Sequence record: PZ151149.1
DNA length: 64,000 nucleotides
Origin: a phage
Strand: one strand, 5' to 3'
A program made the translations under genes and the position numbers. Shown here piece by piece: positions 8,707 through 17,770 of this stretch (position 1 is its first letter; each line of letters opens with the position of its first letter). The notes beneath the pieces were generated by a model. That model worked only from the letters and a program-made list of their open reading frames with translations, had not been told where the DNA came from and ran no database searches.

Positions 8707-9172
8707 TTTCACCTCGTTTTGTTAAACGTTCACGAATATCATTGAGGATACTACAAAATTCCGATTCAGTCAATATAGTCTTTAACGGATCAGTTCCACC
8801 TATGCTATGACGTAATTTCTTATTTCCTGTAGCGAGTAATGCTTTACAAAATTCTGGGTTATTCCGTGCCATCGTAACAAATGCCAGATGTACCAGTCTG
8901 TAATAATGCTCACTCATTCGATGAATCTGGCGACCCTGAAAATATAACATGTGATTCTCAATCTTTTCAGTTCTTCCGGTTCTTTTTGCTTTGCCACCGT
9001 GCATCAAAAAGATTTCTCTTTGTCTCTGAGGGTTCTTAAATCTTAGCCCCTGTAAAAATCCTTCTGTGCTGTTAATATCACAACCAAATAGACGGAATGG
9101 TCTTTTATTGAAATTGCTCAATTCACCCGATGGATAAGGTCCACCCGCATAGATATCAATTTCAGAAGTCAT
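8693..9172 (-). CDS. NADAR (YbiA/DUF1768)-like protein, putative ADP-ribose N-glycosidase (159 aa)
   Basis: GELSNFNKRPFRLFG ... STEGFLQGLRF ... ALLATG resembles recalled YbiA motifs GDFSNF ... SEHYFQAQKF ... ALLATA. Confidence 0.55.
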   Translation of the reverse strand: MTSEIDIYAGGPYPSGELSNFNKRPFRLFGCDINSTEGFLQGLRFKNPQRQREIFLMHGGKAKRTGRTEKIENHMLYFQGRQIHRMSEHYYRLVHLAFVTMARNNPEFCKALLATGNKKLRHSIGGTDPLKTILTESEFCSILNDIRERLTKRGENVNS

Positions 9173-9378
9173 TGAAACTAATCTCGCTAATCAGAGAGAA
9201 CGGATCATAATCGTCATTAGGAATATCGATAGTAATCGAATGAGGATTTACCCATACACCAAACTGGTCTTCATCGGTGAATACTTCGTTATGGATTTCG
9301 TGGATGTTTACATTCATAGTTTTCATAATAAAATTCCTTAATAATCAATAACTTACAAAATCATATAGCCAAAATATA

Positions 9379-9397
9379 GGCGGGATTATTTCCCGCC
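9379..9397 (-). terminator. hairpin terminator downstream of gene 31
   Basis: GGCGGGA-TTATT-TCCCGCC followed on minus strand by UAUAUUUUGG. Confidence 0.5.
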
Positions 9398-9408
9398 GTT
9401 TAAAATCA

Positions 9409-9732
9409 TTAACCGTAAACTACCACAATATTCTGTTTGTGTGTTACAGTCCATTTCAGGTCGATCTCTTCTTCCTTCTTAACGCCGTTAATAACGTCTG
9501 GGTGAGGAACTTTATTAAGTTTCCCATGAGGAAGCAATACAGTCTTACCCAGCAATTCTTTATCAACGTTATCACCGATATCAATAATCTTACCGACTAA
9601 AGGAATCTCTCCCATAGTTCGTTTTTGTTCGATGATAATACCAAAGTCGCTCTTTACTTCGGTCCCTGCGCTTTCCGCTTTAGCTTCAATGATCACATAG
9701 TCACCAAGTGCTTTAGGAGTTTTAACGGTCAT
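9409..9732 (-). CDS. 31: co-chaperonin GroES-like gp31 (107 aa)
   Basis: Size and position as T4 gp31; conserved NKVPHP-type motif; located between ligase and cd. Confidence 0.75.
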   Translation of the reverse strand: MTVKTPKALGDYVIIEAKAESAGTEVKSDFGIIIEQKRTMGEIPLVGKIIDIGDNVDKELLGKTVLLPHGKLNKVPHPDVINGVKKEEEIDLKWTVTHKQNIVVVYG

Positions 9733-9773
9733 AATTTTATTACCTCTTCAAATCAATACAGTTTAATGATGAA

Positions 9774-10088
9774 TTATTTATAAATTTCTACGATCTGCGC
9801 TGGAGTCAGCCCGTCTACATTAATCAGACTATCAAGCCCAAAACTACGGAAACCTTCAACTGCAATTTCATATACTGGCAAAGATGTTTCTGATTCTTTA
9901 CGCGGTTTTTCAACATTAGGAACTAACCACTTTTCGTATGTTTCGAAAGGCATCAGTGCCGGATCTCGCGTGGCGATCATCTCGCGGACAGTACCATCTT
10001 TCTTAGTAAACTGCAAAAAGTGAGTACCGACCGAAAACATTTTCTTTAGTGCTTCACGAAGTGCGATATTATCAACTTGTTCAGTCAT
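9774..10088 (-). CDS. hypothetical protein (104 aa)
   Basis: ATG at 10088 (track start 10094 is TTG) with GAAGGG SD; overlaps cd stop by 8 nt. Confidence 0.45.
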   Translation of the reverse strand: MTEQVDNIALREALKKMFSVGTHFLQFTKKDGTVREMIATRDPALMPFETYEKWLVPNVEKPRKESETSLPVYEIAVEGFRSFGLDSLINVDGLTPAQIVEIYK

Positions 10089-10587
10089 TATCAATACCCT
10101 TCAAATCAGTCAATAATGCTTTTGGAATACGCGTGATCGTAATATCTGCATTATTCAGAATATCAGCCCAATCACGCCCACCATTTCGATCATATGTGTC
10201 GCAATAGTATAAATGTTTAATTCCACTGTTTGCAATTGCTTTAGCGCAATCTGGACACGGTGAAGCAGTACACCACATACTAGCGCCTTCAATCGATACA
10301 CCGCTACGGGCAGCAAACAAAATAGCATTTAATTCAGCGTGGATCTCGTTTTTCTGTGACCATGCACTATGCTCTGGTCGCTTTTCAGGGATCATTTTAC
10401 CTTCATCATCCAGCCAACCGCTTTTATGTGCATGACAGCTACAGTTTTCTTGTCCTGCTGGAGTACCATTAAATCCAGTAGAAATGATTCGCCCGTCTTT
10501 TTCGATCAGTGCTCCTACCTTCCATGAAACACATTTAGAGTTCTTTGCGATCAGGTAGGCGATCTGCATGTAAGTTTGTGATAACAT
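10081..10587 (-). CDS. cd: dCMP deaminase
   Basis: Zinc deaminase motifs HAELNAI and PCPDCAKAI; synteny between 31 and pseT. Confidence 0.8.
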   Translation of the reverse strand: MLSQTYMQIAYLIAKNSKCVSWKVGALIEKDGRIISTGFNGTPAGQENCSCHAHKSGWLDDEGKMIPEKRPEHSAWSQKNEIHAELNAILFAARSGVSIEGASMWCTASPCPDCAKAIANSGIKHLYYCDTYDRNGGRDWADILNNADITITRIPKALLTDLKGIDND

Positions 10588-10608
10588 AATATAATCCTCA
10601 CATATTAA

Positions 10609-10812
10609 TTAACCGTATACGCGAAAGTATTCTACTGATCCGTCGCTATACTGTTTTACATTGAATGTATTCACACCATGATTATTTCTCATGATGACAT
10701 ATAAACTACGACGTTCATCGCTAAACGGCATAACTGGCGCTGGTTCAATATCAACACTAAAACCACGTTTAGCAAGTGCTTCGCCTAATTGCTTGATTTT
10801 ATCGGTAAACAT
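10609..10812 (-). CDS. hypothetical small protein (67 aa)
   Basis: ATG at 10812 overlapping pseT stop (TAATG). Confidence 0.4.
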   Translation of the reverse strand: MFTDKIKQLGEALAKRGFSVDIEPAPVMPFSDERRSLYVIMRNNHGVNTFNVKQYSDGSVEYFRVYG

Positions 10813-11690
10813 TAAAAGTCTCCGTAGTTAACCTGAAAACATTCTACACCAATTGAGCGGTACATGTCAACCACTTGATCACGATCATCTACTGCCAACA
10901 CAACATGATAACGCGGTGCAATTTCAGTGAAGAAAATCTCTTTCTTCACTTCATGATCAGGACGACGATCATTAGTTTCACGTTGAAAGTGATCACTCGG
11001 TTCAATACCCTGTTCACGCAACCATTGCAGAGTATCTTCTTCGCAAACATCCTCACGCCCTGAGCATGTAATGATACGATAACCATTATCACGATACAGT
11101 TTAAGCATTTCGATAACTTGCGGACGCGGTTTATCTTCTTTGACCTTTGTCCAGTCAAACGGATGACGACCGCCCTTATCCGCTAATGTTCCATCAATAT
11201 CAAAGATCACTGCCTTCGGCAGCATGGTATTCGGTTTGTATACTTCTTGACCCATATATTCCTGCATCAGATAAAATTGGTTACGCAAATGAGAAAGTGG
11301 AATTGCTTTCTCGCCGCGATAGAAATTACGTTTCTTTAGTGTCTCAAATGATTCATTGAACACTTGTTCAGTATACACCGCGTTAAATTCTTTTGCAAGT
11401 TCTTTGTAGAATACACGATGTTTTTCTTTCAGGTTAGTATCAGAGATAATGATACTTAATCCGCGTGATAGAGTCTCGCGAGCAATCATTCTCTGAATAG
11501 ACTCTACCAGCTTTTCCTTTTCCTTAGTATATTTGTATTTCAAAGGTGAGTCAACACCAAACAACATAAGACGAAGATCATCGCGATTCACATTACGATA
11601 ATTACTAAACCGTTTACATGTTTCCATCGCCCATGTAGTTTTACCGGACCCAGAACAACCAACGGTTAAAATCACTTCACATTTCGGCAT
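10812..11690 (-). CDS. pseT: polynucleotide 5'-kinase/3'-phosphatase
   Basis: N-terminal P-loop GCSGSGKTT plus HAD phosphatase motif VIFDIDGTLAD; 292 aa versus 301 aa in T4. Confidence 0.8.
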   Translation of the reverse strand: MPKCEVILTVGCSGSGKTTWAMETCKRFSNYRNVNRDDLRLMLFGVDSPLKYKYTKEKEKLVESIQRMIARETLSRGLSIIISDTNLKEKHRVFYKELAKEFNAVYTEQVFNESFETLKKRNFYRGEKAIPLSHLRNQFYLMQEYMGQEVYKPNTMLPKAVIFDIDGTLADKGGRHPFDWTKVKEDKPRPQVIEMLKLYRDNGYRIITCSGREDVCEEDTLQWLREQGIEPSDHFQRETNDRRPDHEVKKEIFFTEIAPRYHVVLAVDDRDQVVDMYRSIGVECFQVNYGDF

Positions 11691-12142
11691 TATTTCTCCT
11701 TCGGTTTACACCGTTCCTCATTGAGTTCTTTGCGATAATAACACAGGATCAACTTACTTTCAAGTGTATATCTCTTAATATCGGCCAACCAGACTCTAAA
11801 TTTTTGGGAGTCCTCCCACGACATAGAAACTCTAGGCTTACCGTCTATTGTATCCACATTCAGGTCAATGTCAACTTTTTCTATTGGTGCTGGTAGTGGA
11901 GGATGTAATTTCGGTTCCTGTGAATAGTGGTCCATTGTACACGAAGAAAGCGCAAATACAATAGGCACAGCGAAGACATGGATTATGGCGGTCTGAAAAT
12001 TCTTATGTTCTTTCTTAAACATCCAGTGTATCACGAAAATTGAAAACACCATCAGGATAATAATGCTTGCACCTATCCCCAGATAATCAACCAGATTAAA
12101 ATTGCTTATCTGCTCTTGCGTAGGCAATATTTCTATGCTCAT
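11690..12142 (-). CDS. putative o-spanin lipoprotein (start ambiguous: 12142 or 12022)
   Basis: Signal peptide plus lipobox FAVPIVFALSSC, proline-rich PPLPAP; ATG at 12142 has AAAGGAGG SD and ATGA overlap with upstream stop; ATG at 12022 would give 110 aa. Confidence 0.5.
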   Translation of the reverse strand: MSIEILPTQEQISNFNLVDYLGIGASIIILMVFSIFVIHWMFKKEHKNFQTAIIHVFAVPIVFALSSCTMDHYSQEPKLHPPLPAPIEKVDIDLNVDTIDGKPRVSMSWEDSQKFRVWLADIKRYTLESKLILCYYRKELNEERCKPKEK

Positions 12143-12462
12143 TTAGTAGCCTCCTTTAATTCTTCGGTAAACTCCTTAAATGAGTCATTAAGCTGTTTCT
12201 CTACCAACTTGGGTTTTTGTGCTACTACATAGCCTCGTGTAGCGTCTTTCATTGCTTTGTTTTGTTCTTCTGCAAACTTAGTTCTTATTCCGTACATCTC
12301 CTTTTGTAGTGAGTCTACAATCTTCATCTTCTCATCTGTCTTTTTCTTATACTCTGTAAATTCCTGATTCAGTCGATCTACCTCCTTTTTATTTTCCCAC
12401 CACATATTGCCACCTACCCCCAGCAACACAGATATGATAACAATGTATATCAGCTTTGACAT
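12139..12462 (-). CDS. putative i-spanin (Rz-like, 107 aa)
   Basis: ATG at 12462; N-terminal TMD LIYIVIISVLLGVGG then charged coiled-coil; adjacent to pseT as in T4 pseT.3/pseT.2. Confidence 0.5.
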   Translation of the reverse strand: MSKLIYIVIISVLLGVGGNMWWENKKEVDRLNQEFTEYKKKTDEKMKIVDSLQKEMYGIRTKFAEEQNKAMKDATRGYVVAQKPKLVEKQLNDSFKEFTEELKEATK

Positions 12463-12482
12463 ATTACCCCCAACGACAAAAG

Positions 12483-12500
12483 GCGGGGAACTAGCCCCGC
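12483..12500 (-). terminator. hairpin terminator downstream of RNA ligase gene
   Basis: GCGGGG-AACTAG-CCCCGC followed on minus strand by CUUUUGUCG. Confidence 0.5.
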
Positions 12501-12506
12501 TTATTA

Positions 12507-13676
12507 TTACCAATCAATCTTATCAGCCGGAATCAGTTTCTTATAATTCCGTAGATAGTAAGTTTTCATTGAATCCAGAATACGGTCATAATCAAGACCA
12601 TCAAATGCAATCATCAGACACATGAAAATATATGCTTGTGCATCACCATGTTTACGTGATTCGATAGTCGCATTTGATGCATATGTCTTTCTGTCTTCTC
12701 CCGCGTGTGCGTTATAAAATTCTGTTGCTGTCGTGAAGGCATTGCGAAGAATAGACCTGAATGCTTCCTCGAATAGCTCGATTCGTTCCAGTGCTTCCGG
12801 TTCGCCTTCATATGCAGCACGCAAATCATCGGTTTCGCTTTCTACGACATAGTAGATCAGGTTATTAGGAAACATCGATGTGTTTTTAATGTTATGCACA
12901 CCAATATACCATTCACTCTTCACTTTGAACAATTGACCGTCTTTAGTGCGTGCAACAATTCCTTCGATACCTTCTGCGGTCCGAACTTCATCAAGAATAT
13001 TGCTAAACCGCGCTGAATCAACTTGTAACGCATTTACCAGATGAGGACGTAGGATTGCATCAGCGAATAGTATTTGATGCGGTACATACTCTCCTGTGAC
13101 GTTATGGCGTACATTCAGAAGTGTTAGCGACGGTTCAGAATATTCTACAACAATTCGGTTGCTTGGTGCTGTATATTCAAAGTTGAAAGTATAATCAGAC
13201 CCAATATCAGAGATCTTAGCGCGTAGATCTGCATACTTCTCTGAATACAGAAGACCGTTTGCTCTCTCTGCCTGGCTTGAGTACAAGGCCGCTTTAGACT
13301 TCAACTGAACATAGCCGTTATCAATGTATGTGCTTACTAGACTACCGTCCATTTTGTCCATGACCATTTCCACATCTTCCGGCTTAAAGCGAGCGCGATC
13401 ATTCTCACCCAAATTAAAAAACTTCTCCATAGGACGAGATGCGATGCGGACCGGACGACCTTTATCGTCAATTTCAAACATGATCCCGCGACACTCTAAC
13501 GCATCTGGTTTATTCCACATTTCCGGTTTGCTCAAGTACAGATAACTAAAAATGCGCATACGGGTTTGCATCGCCGTAATTTCATCTTTGTAATAGAACG
13601 TATCAGATCCGTCACATAGTGCCATAAGATTTTTGAACAATGCTAAAACTTTTTTGTTGTTTTCTTTTGTTGACAT
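12507..13676 (-). CDS. ATP-dependent RNA ligase (Rnl1-like, 389 aa)
   Basis: Nucleotidyltransferase motif I DKMDGSL (KxDG) at about residue 107; size close to T4 Rnl1 (374 aa). Confidence 0.5.
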   Translation of the reverse strand: MSTKENNKKVLALFKNLMALCDGSDTFYYKDEITAMQTRMRIFSYLYLSKPEMWNKPDALECRGIMFEIDDKGRPVRIASRPMEKFFNLGENDRARFKPEDVEMVMDKMDGSLVSTYIDNGYVQLKSKAALYSSQAERANGLLYSEKYADLRAKISDIGSDYTFNFEYTAPSNRIVVEYSEPSLTLLNVRHNVTGEYVPHQILFADAILRPHLVNALQVDSARFSNILDEVRTAEGIEGIVARTKDGQLFKVKSEWYIGVHNIKNTSMFPNNLIYYVVESETDDLRAAYEGEPEALERIELFEEAFRSILRNAFTTATEFYNAHAGEDRKTYASNATIESRKHGDAQAYIFMCLMIAFDGLDYDRILDSMKTYYLRNYKKLIPADKIDW

Positions 13677-14073
13677 AATTTGTGTTCCATTCTGGTTTAA
13701 ATTTGGTGATCAAAACAGGTTCTTCGATATCGGCAGTGCTTATAATATCCTTACCCGTTGGATTCTCGATGTACAACTCAAAGCACTGGCGGTAATAGAA
13801 TGTTACTGTCTTACCTTCCTCTAGCGCCTTATGAATATTCTTACTCTTTCGAGTATCCGCCGTTGGTGTTTGTCTGTTAATGCTCGTCCGGTAATAATTG
13901 ATCCGCTTTCTGAGATTAACAGTCTGACCAATGTATACCAGTTCACCATCAACCGCAATAGCGTAAAGAACATTTAAACGGTTCTTCTGAGGCGGTAAAA
14001 TCACATCACCATCTTTACACTCTAAACATGAATATTTAACGAATCCATAGTTTTCTATTAGCTCATCAATCAT
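13612..14073 (-). CDS. GIY-YIG family endonuclease (Seg-like, 153 aa)
   Basis: VLYAIAVDGELVYIGQT ... RKRI ... E: GIY-YIG core; GAGGAAAGGA SD; 3' end overlaps RNA ligase start by 65 nt. Confidence 0.55.
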   Translation of the reverse strand: MIDELIENYGFVKYSCLECKDGDVILPPQKNRLNVLYAIAVDGELVYIGQTVNLRKRINYYRTSINRQTPTADTRKSKNIHKALEEGKTVTFYYRQCFELYIENPTGKDIISTADIEEPVLITKFKPEWNTNYVNKRKQQKSFSIVQKSYGTM

Positions 14074-14098
14074 TATCCTTTCCTCACGTCACAACAAA

Positions 14099-14116
14099 GG
14101 CGGGATTTCTCCCGCC
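14099..14116 (-). terminator. hairpin terminator
   Basis: GGCGGGA-TTTC-TCCCGCC followed on minus strand by UUUGUUGUG. Confidence 0.5.
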
Positions 14117-14123
14117 CACCTTA

Positions 14124-14522
14124 TTAACTTTCCAGAATATCGCGAGCTTCGTTACGCTCCTTGATGATTTTCAGGATAAATTCCAGTTTTTCTTTGTTCA
14201 GTGTCCCGTTTTCCATTGCCTCTTTGACGGTGAACACTCCGCCACCTTGCCCGTATACAGTGACAGTGATTTCACCTAACATCGTGGTATGAAAACCGCC
14301 AATTTTCGGTGATTCGAAAGAAACAATTACCTCGCGAACAGTATTACCGTCGTTGATTTCTGAGAGGGTAATGTCGTTTTTGTAGGCGGTTGCTTTAACC
14401 ATACGGATCAGCATAGTCTGATCTGGGGAGATGGTCATTTTGTCCATTGCATGTTGCAATGCAGCGTAACCGAAAACTTTAACGAAGTCCAGAACGTCTT
14501 TGCGAGTTTGAAATTTAATCAT
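14124..14522 (-). CDS. hypothetical protein (132 aa)
   Basis: ATG at 14522 preceded by AAGGAG SD and promoter cassette. Confidence 0.5.
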   Translation of the reverse strand: MIKFQTRKDVLDFVKVFGYAALQHAMDKMTISPDQTMLIRMVKATAYKNDITLSEINDGNTVREVIVSFESPKIGGFHTTMLGEITVTVYGQGGGVFTVKEAMENGTLNKEKLEFILKIIKERNEARDILES

Positions 14523-14555
14523 CTTGATACTCCTTAGTTGTTTTGGTATGGGAGT

Positions 14556-14584
14556 ATCTTACTACTCCCGTGATATGCTGTCAA
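14556..14584 (-). promoter_or_regulatory. sigma70-type early promoter cassette
   Basis: TTGACA (14584..14579), 17 nt spacer, TAAGAT (14561..14556). Confidence 0.65.
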
Positions 14585-14592
14585 CTGCTTTT

Positions 14593-14742
14593 TTATGCAA
14601 CCGCAAACATCAACATTTGAACATTCTTGGCTGTCTGGCTTTCAAAGTTCTGACATTCTTTGATAATGTCCTCTACTTTCTCGCCGGAGATCTCCGCGTA
14701 AGTTTCGATTGCCATTTTCAGTACCGCGTCAAAGTTGTTCAT
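14593..14742 (-). CDS. hypothetical small protein (49 aa)
   Basis: Below track cutoff; ATG at 14742 after AAGGAGAA SD and promoter; hand translation MNNFDAVLKMAIETYAEISGEK... Confidence 0.4.
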   Translation of the reverse strand: MNNFDAVLKMAIETYAEISGEKVEDIIKECQNFESQTAKNVQMLMFAVA

Positions 14743-14780
14743 TTGATTCTCCTTAAAGTGTATTTCGTTTCGATGGGGGT

Positions 14781-14809
14781 ATATTACTACCCCCGTTATT
14801 CACTGTCAA
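14781..14809 (-). promoter_or_regulatory. sigma70-type early promoter cassette
   Basis: TTGACA (14809..14804), 17 nt spacer, TAATAT -10. Confidence 0.6.
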
Positions 14810-15028
14810 CTACTTTTTAATGACAAGTTCGAATTTTGCTACCTTGCGTCCTCGTTTATTGAAAGCAACCCACGGACGGTTTTCAATGTAGAACAACTCT
14901 TCACCTATAATGAATACTGGCTGATTGTAAAGGCGACCCATCAGGTCACGCTGGCGAATGGTAGTAGATTCGTATACTTCGCCTACTACAAAGTGTTTGC
15001 TGATAGAGTCGGTGCAAGTAAATTTCAT
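14810..15028 (-). CDS. hypothetical protein (72 aa)
   Basis: ATG at 15028 after GGAGAA SD and promoter cassette. Confidence 0.5.
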   Translation of the reverse strand: MKFTCTDSISKHFVVGEVYESTTIRQRDLMGRLYNQPVFIIGEELFYIENRPWVAFNKRGRKVAKFELVIKK

Positions 15029-15061
15029 TTTGATTCTCCTTTGTTTCGTTTCGATGGGAGT

Positions 15062-15090
15062 ATCTTACTACCCCCGTTATTCAGTGTCAA
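15062..15090 (-). promoter_or_regulatory. sigma70-type early promoter cassette
   Basis: TTGACA (15090..15085), 17 nt spacer, TAAGAT (15067..15062). Confidence 0.65.
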
Positions 15091-15097
15091 CTACTTT

Positions 15098-15316
15098 TTA
15101 CTTGTTGTATTCATTCCACCATTGGGTGAGCTTATCAATTATTTTTGTGTTTCTATCCAACTTCTCCCACCGTTTTCTAGGGTTTATCAACCGGAATAGG
15201 TAAGGTGTACTTGTTAAGTGAACTTGGTCAATGTAGTGATTGATGTACTGTTTTTCGATTCTAAGTTTCATCTTTTTACGATGAAAATATGCAATGACTT
15301 GTTCTTCTGTTTCCAT
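15098..15316 (-). CDS. hypothetical protein (72 aa)
   Basis: ATG at 15316 after GGAGGA SD and promoter cassette. Confidence 0.5.
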   Translation of the reverse strand: METEEQVIAYFHRKKMKLRIEKQYINHYIDQVHLTSTPYLFRLINPRKRWEKLDRNTKIIDKLTQWWNEYNK

Positions 15317-15340
15317 ATGTTCCTCCGTTTCGATGGGTGC

Positions 15341-15369
15341 ATTATGCTATACCACGATCCGATTGTCAA
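15341..15369 (-). promoter_or_regulatory. sigma70-type early promoter cassette
   Basis: TTGACA (15369..15364), 17 nt spacer, CATAAT (15346..15341). Confidence 0.6.
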
Positions 15370-15384
15370 CACCCAATAACAAAA

Positions 15385-15406
15385 AAGTCGCCACTATGGG
15401 CGACTT
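15385..15406 (-). terminator. rho-independent terminator after HAD-like gene
   Basis: AAGTCGCC-ACTATG-GGCGACTT stem followed on minus strand by UUUUUUGUUAUU; immediately upstream of next promoter. Confidence 0.55.
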
Positions 15407-15416
15407 TGAACAAACA

Positions 15417-15893
15417 TTAATCATGACCGTGATTTGCAATATCCGCTCGCGTCTTATCTTTGTGATTTCCTACGTCAAAGACACGATAACCATTTTCACG
15501 CAAAACTTTAATCACTTCTGGGTTATCCTCAAAGACTCCGACAACTTCATCTTTATCAAAGGATTTAATTACCTCTAATTTGATGTGATAGTCTTTACGG
15601 GAATCGGTACGGCCTCTCATAAAGATTTTATCAAAACACACCCCGTTAGAAATTAACCAATCAATTGTTTCCATGTAAGCATGTGAACTTCGTCCGGTGA
15701 GGATGTAAATCAAATGCCCGTTGTCGGAAAGAGCATTAATAACACGAATTACATCGTAAATGGGGGAATCTCCCCCACATGCCTTGTTATATTCGATCCA
15801 CGACTCGACTTTATCAAGATTTTCGGTTGGCATCTTCGCTAGTCGATGTGTTGGATCTGTGATCGTAAAATCTAAATCGACAAAATATATCAT
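15417..15893 (-). CDS. HAD-superfamily phosphatase-like protein (158 aa)
   Basis: N-terminal DxDxT motif (FVDLDFTITD); downstream of nrdB. Confidence 0.45.
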   Translation of the reverse strand: MIYFVDLDFTITDPTHRLAKMPTENLDKVESWIEYNKACGGDSPIYDVIRVINALSDNGHLIYILTGRSSHAYMETIDWLISNGVCFDKIFMRGRTDSRKDYHIKLEVIKSFDKDEVVGVFEDNPEVIKVLRENGYRVFDVGNHKDKTRADIANHGHD

Positions 15894-17050
15894 AGATATT
15901 TCCCGAATCGGTTGTAGTCGTCGTCTGTTAAATCGGTATTAACCTGAGATACCAGATACATAATCTCTACTTCCTGCGCTGCATTCTGTACTTCGTCAGA
16001 GTTCAACCATTTACGCATCCACGGTAACGGATGACGACGAACACTAAACGGGCTTTTCAGTCCGGCAGCGCGCATACGGGAATCTGCCAGGTATTCTACA
16101 TAGGTTTTCAGAATTTCCGGTGACAGGTTGGGAATTGCTCCCATTGCGAATAGGTGGTCTACCCATTCTTTTTCTTGCTCGACAACATCCAGAAAGATTT
16201 TCGTTGCTTCGCCTTCAAGTTCTTCCGCAATCTGTTTCCACTCATCACCATCAACCCCCGTTTGCCATTGACGAATAATGTATTGTGTTCCTTTTAAGTG
16301 AAGTTGTTCATCACGCGCAATAAATTTCATGATCTTCGCGTTACCTTCCAGTAAACCACGTTCGGCAAAGCTGAAAGTACATGCAAAGGACACATAAAAA
16401 CGAATTGCTTCCAAAGCATTAACGCAGTGTGCACACAGATAAATCGAAGCCATCAGATCTCGTTTTGTATCTTCAAAAAATCTTCTTTCATCATCTAATG
16501 CTGTCTGGTCGTCTCGTTCTTCCCAATAGCGGAGATCTTCTTTTGCATTCTCGTACTTGCGAATCCAATAGAGAACATCATCATAATATTTCCCGATAGA
16601 TTCCGCTCGCTTCATGATAGCAGGGTTATCGATGATCTGGTCAAACTCACTAGCCGGATCAATGAAACAGTTACGCATAATGTGTGTATAGCTTCGGCTA
16701 TGAATCGTTTCGCTGAATGTCCATGTTTGTAACCATGTATCGAGAGTTGGATCAGATACAATTGGACCAAATACACGGGCTGGCGCTCTGCCTTGAATCG
16801 AATCTAGCAAAGTTTGATAACGTAAGTTCTCGGTGAAGAAACGCTTTTCAACATCGCTCATATTCAGATATTGAATGCGGTCAGTCGCTAGCGAGATCTC
16901 TTCTGGACGCCAGAAAAATGACAGAGATTTTTCAATTAATTCTTCAAATACTTGATGACGCTGAATATCATAACGAGCAATCCCTAAATCACTACCAAAA
17001 AACATCGGTTCAGTCATAATATCAACATGTTCACGATTAAATACGCTCAT
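15890..17050 (-). CDS. nrdB: ribonucleotide reductase small subunit
   Basis: About 386 aa, class I RNR beta-subunit size and ferritin-like sequence; directly downstream of nrdA as in T4; ATG at 17050 (track start is GTG). Confidence 0.9.
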   Translation of the reverse strand: MSVFNREHVDIMTEPMFFGSDLGIARYDIQRHQVFEELIEKSLSFFWRPEEISLATDRIQYLNMSDVEKRFFTENLRYQTLLDSIQGRAPARVFGPIVSDPTLDTWLQTWTFSETIHSRSYTHIMRNCFIDPASEFDQIIDNPAIMKRAESIGKYYDDVLYWIRKYENAKEDLRYWEERDDQTALDDERRFFEDTKRDLMASIYLCAHCVNALEAIRFYVSFACTFSFAERGLLEGNAKIMKFIARDEQLHLKGTQYIIRQWQTGVDGDEWKQIAEELEGEATKIFLDVVEQEKEWVDHLFAMGAIPNLSPEILKTYVEYLADSRMRAAGLKSPFSVRRHPLPWMRKWLNSDEVQNAAQEVEIMYLVSQVNTDLTDDDYNRFGKYL

Positions 17051-17052
17051 CA

Positions 17053-17592
17053 CTATTCTCCATCAATTTTGTTTATATTGTAGCCTACGTTGCCTTTTTC
17101 TATTTCTTTCAACGCAACCGAATTAAACGCTCTTGCCGCATCTTGTTCGCTATCAAATCTCCCTATATGAACACTCTTTCCTTGTATATTAATATGAACT
17201 AGCCATCTATTTGTGTACTTACACCAACTTACCCCGTTATATTTTGATGACGCACCTTTAAATTTAGTCCTGTTTCTGTTATTGACAGAATAATCAGTGC
17301 CTCGTAAATTTTCTATATGATTGTTCAGCTTGTTTCGGTCGATATGGTCTATAACTTTAGGCTTATGTCCATGAAACATATGATAAATCACATGATGTAT
17401 TAACTTCTTTCTATTGTCTACTGTTAGTTGAAGATATCCTCCGTTATGTGGACTTCCAACCTCATCACCAACTTTAACTTTATTGCTTGTTGAAACCTTT
17501 CTGAAAAGTTTACCGTCTTCGTATTTAAATAGATAGTGATACCTTTCGTAAAGTATTCGGTCCTCTTCCGTATAATGTATTACCTCATACAT
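17053..17592 (-). CDS. HNH-AP2 homing endonuclease (179 aa)
   Basis: HNH core DHIDRNKLNNHIENLR followed by AP2 DNA-binding domain YNGVSWCKYTNRWLVHINIQGKSVHIGRFDSEQDAARAFN; inserted between nrdA and nrdB. Confidence 0.7.
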   Translation of the reverse strand: MYEVIHYTEEDRILYERYHYLFKYEDGKLFRKVSTSNKVKVGDEVGSPHNGGYLQLTVDNRKKLIHHVIYHMFHGHKPKVIDHIDRNKLNNHIENLRGTDYSVNNRNRTKFKGASSKYNGVSWCKYTNRWLVHINIQGKSVHIGRFDSEQDAARAFNSVALKEIEKGNVGYNINKIDGE

Positions 17593-17602
17593 AATATTTT
17601 AC

Positions 17603-17770
17603 TCACTTTTTAACACAAAAGAACTTAGTATTTCTGTTAACTTCGCTATCCCGCTGCAATTCCTGCACAGCTTCAAAACAATTTTGATGTGATGAAAACT
17701 CTACGCTGGTAACAGTTCCTTTATTATATACGCCTACGCTAACGGAAAGCAATAACCATATTGTAGCCAT
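17603..17770 (-). CDS. tiny hydrophobic-N-terminus protein, tandem paralog 2 (55 aa)
   Basis: Below track cutoff; MATIWLLLSVSVGVYNKGTVTSVEF...; start overlaps stop of paralog 1 (TAATG). Confidence 0.4.
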   Translation of the reverse strand: MATIWLLLSVSVGVYNKGTVTSVEFSSHQNCFEAVQELQRDSEVNRNTKFFCVKK

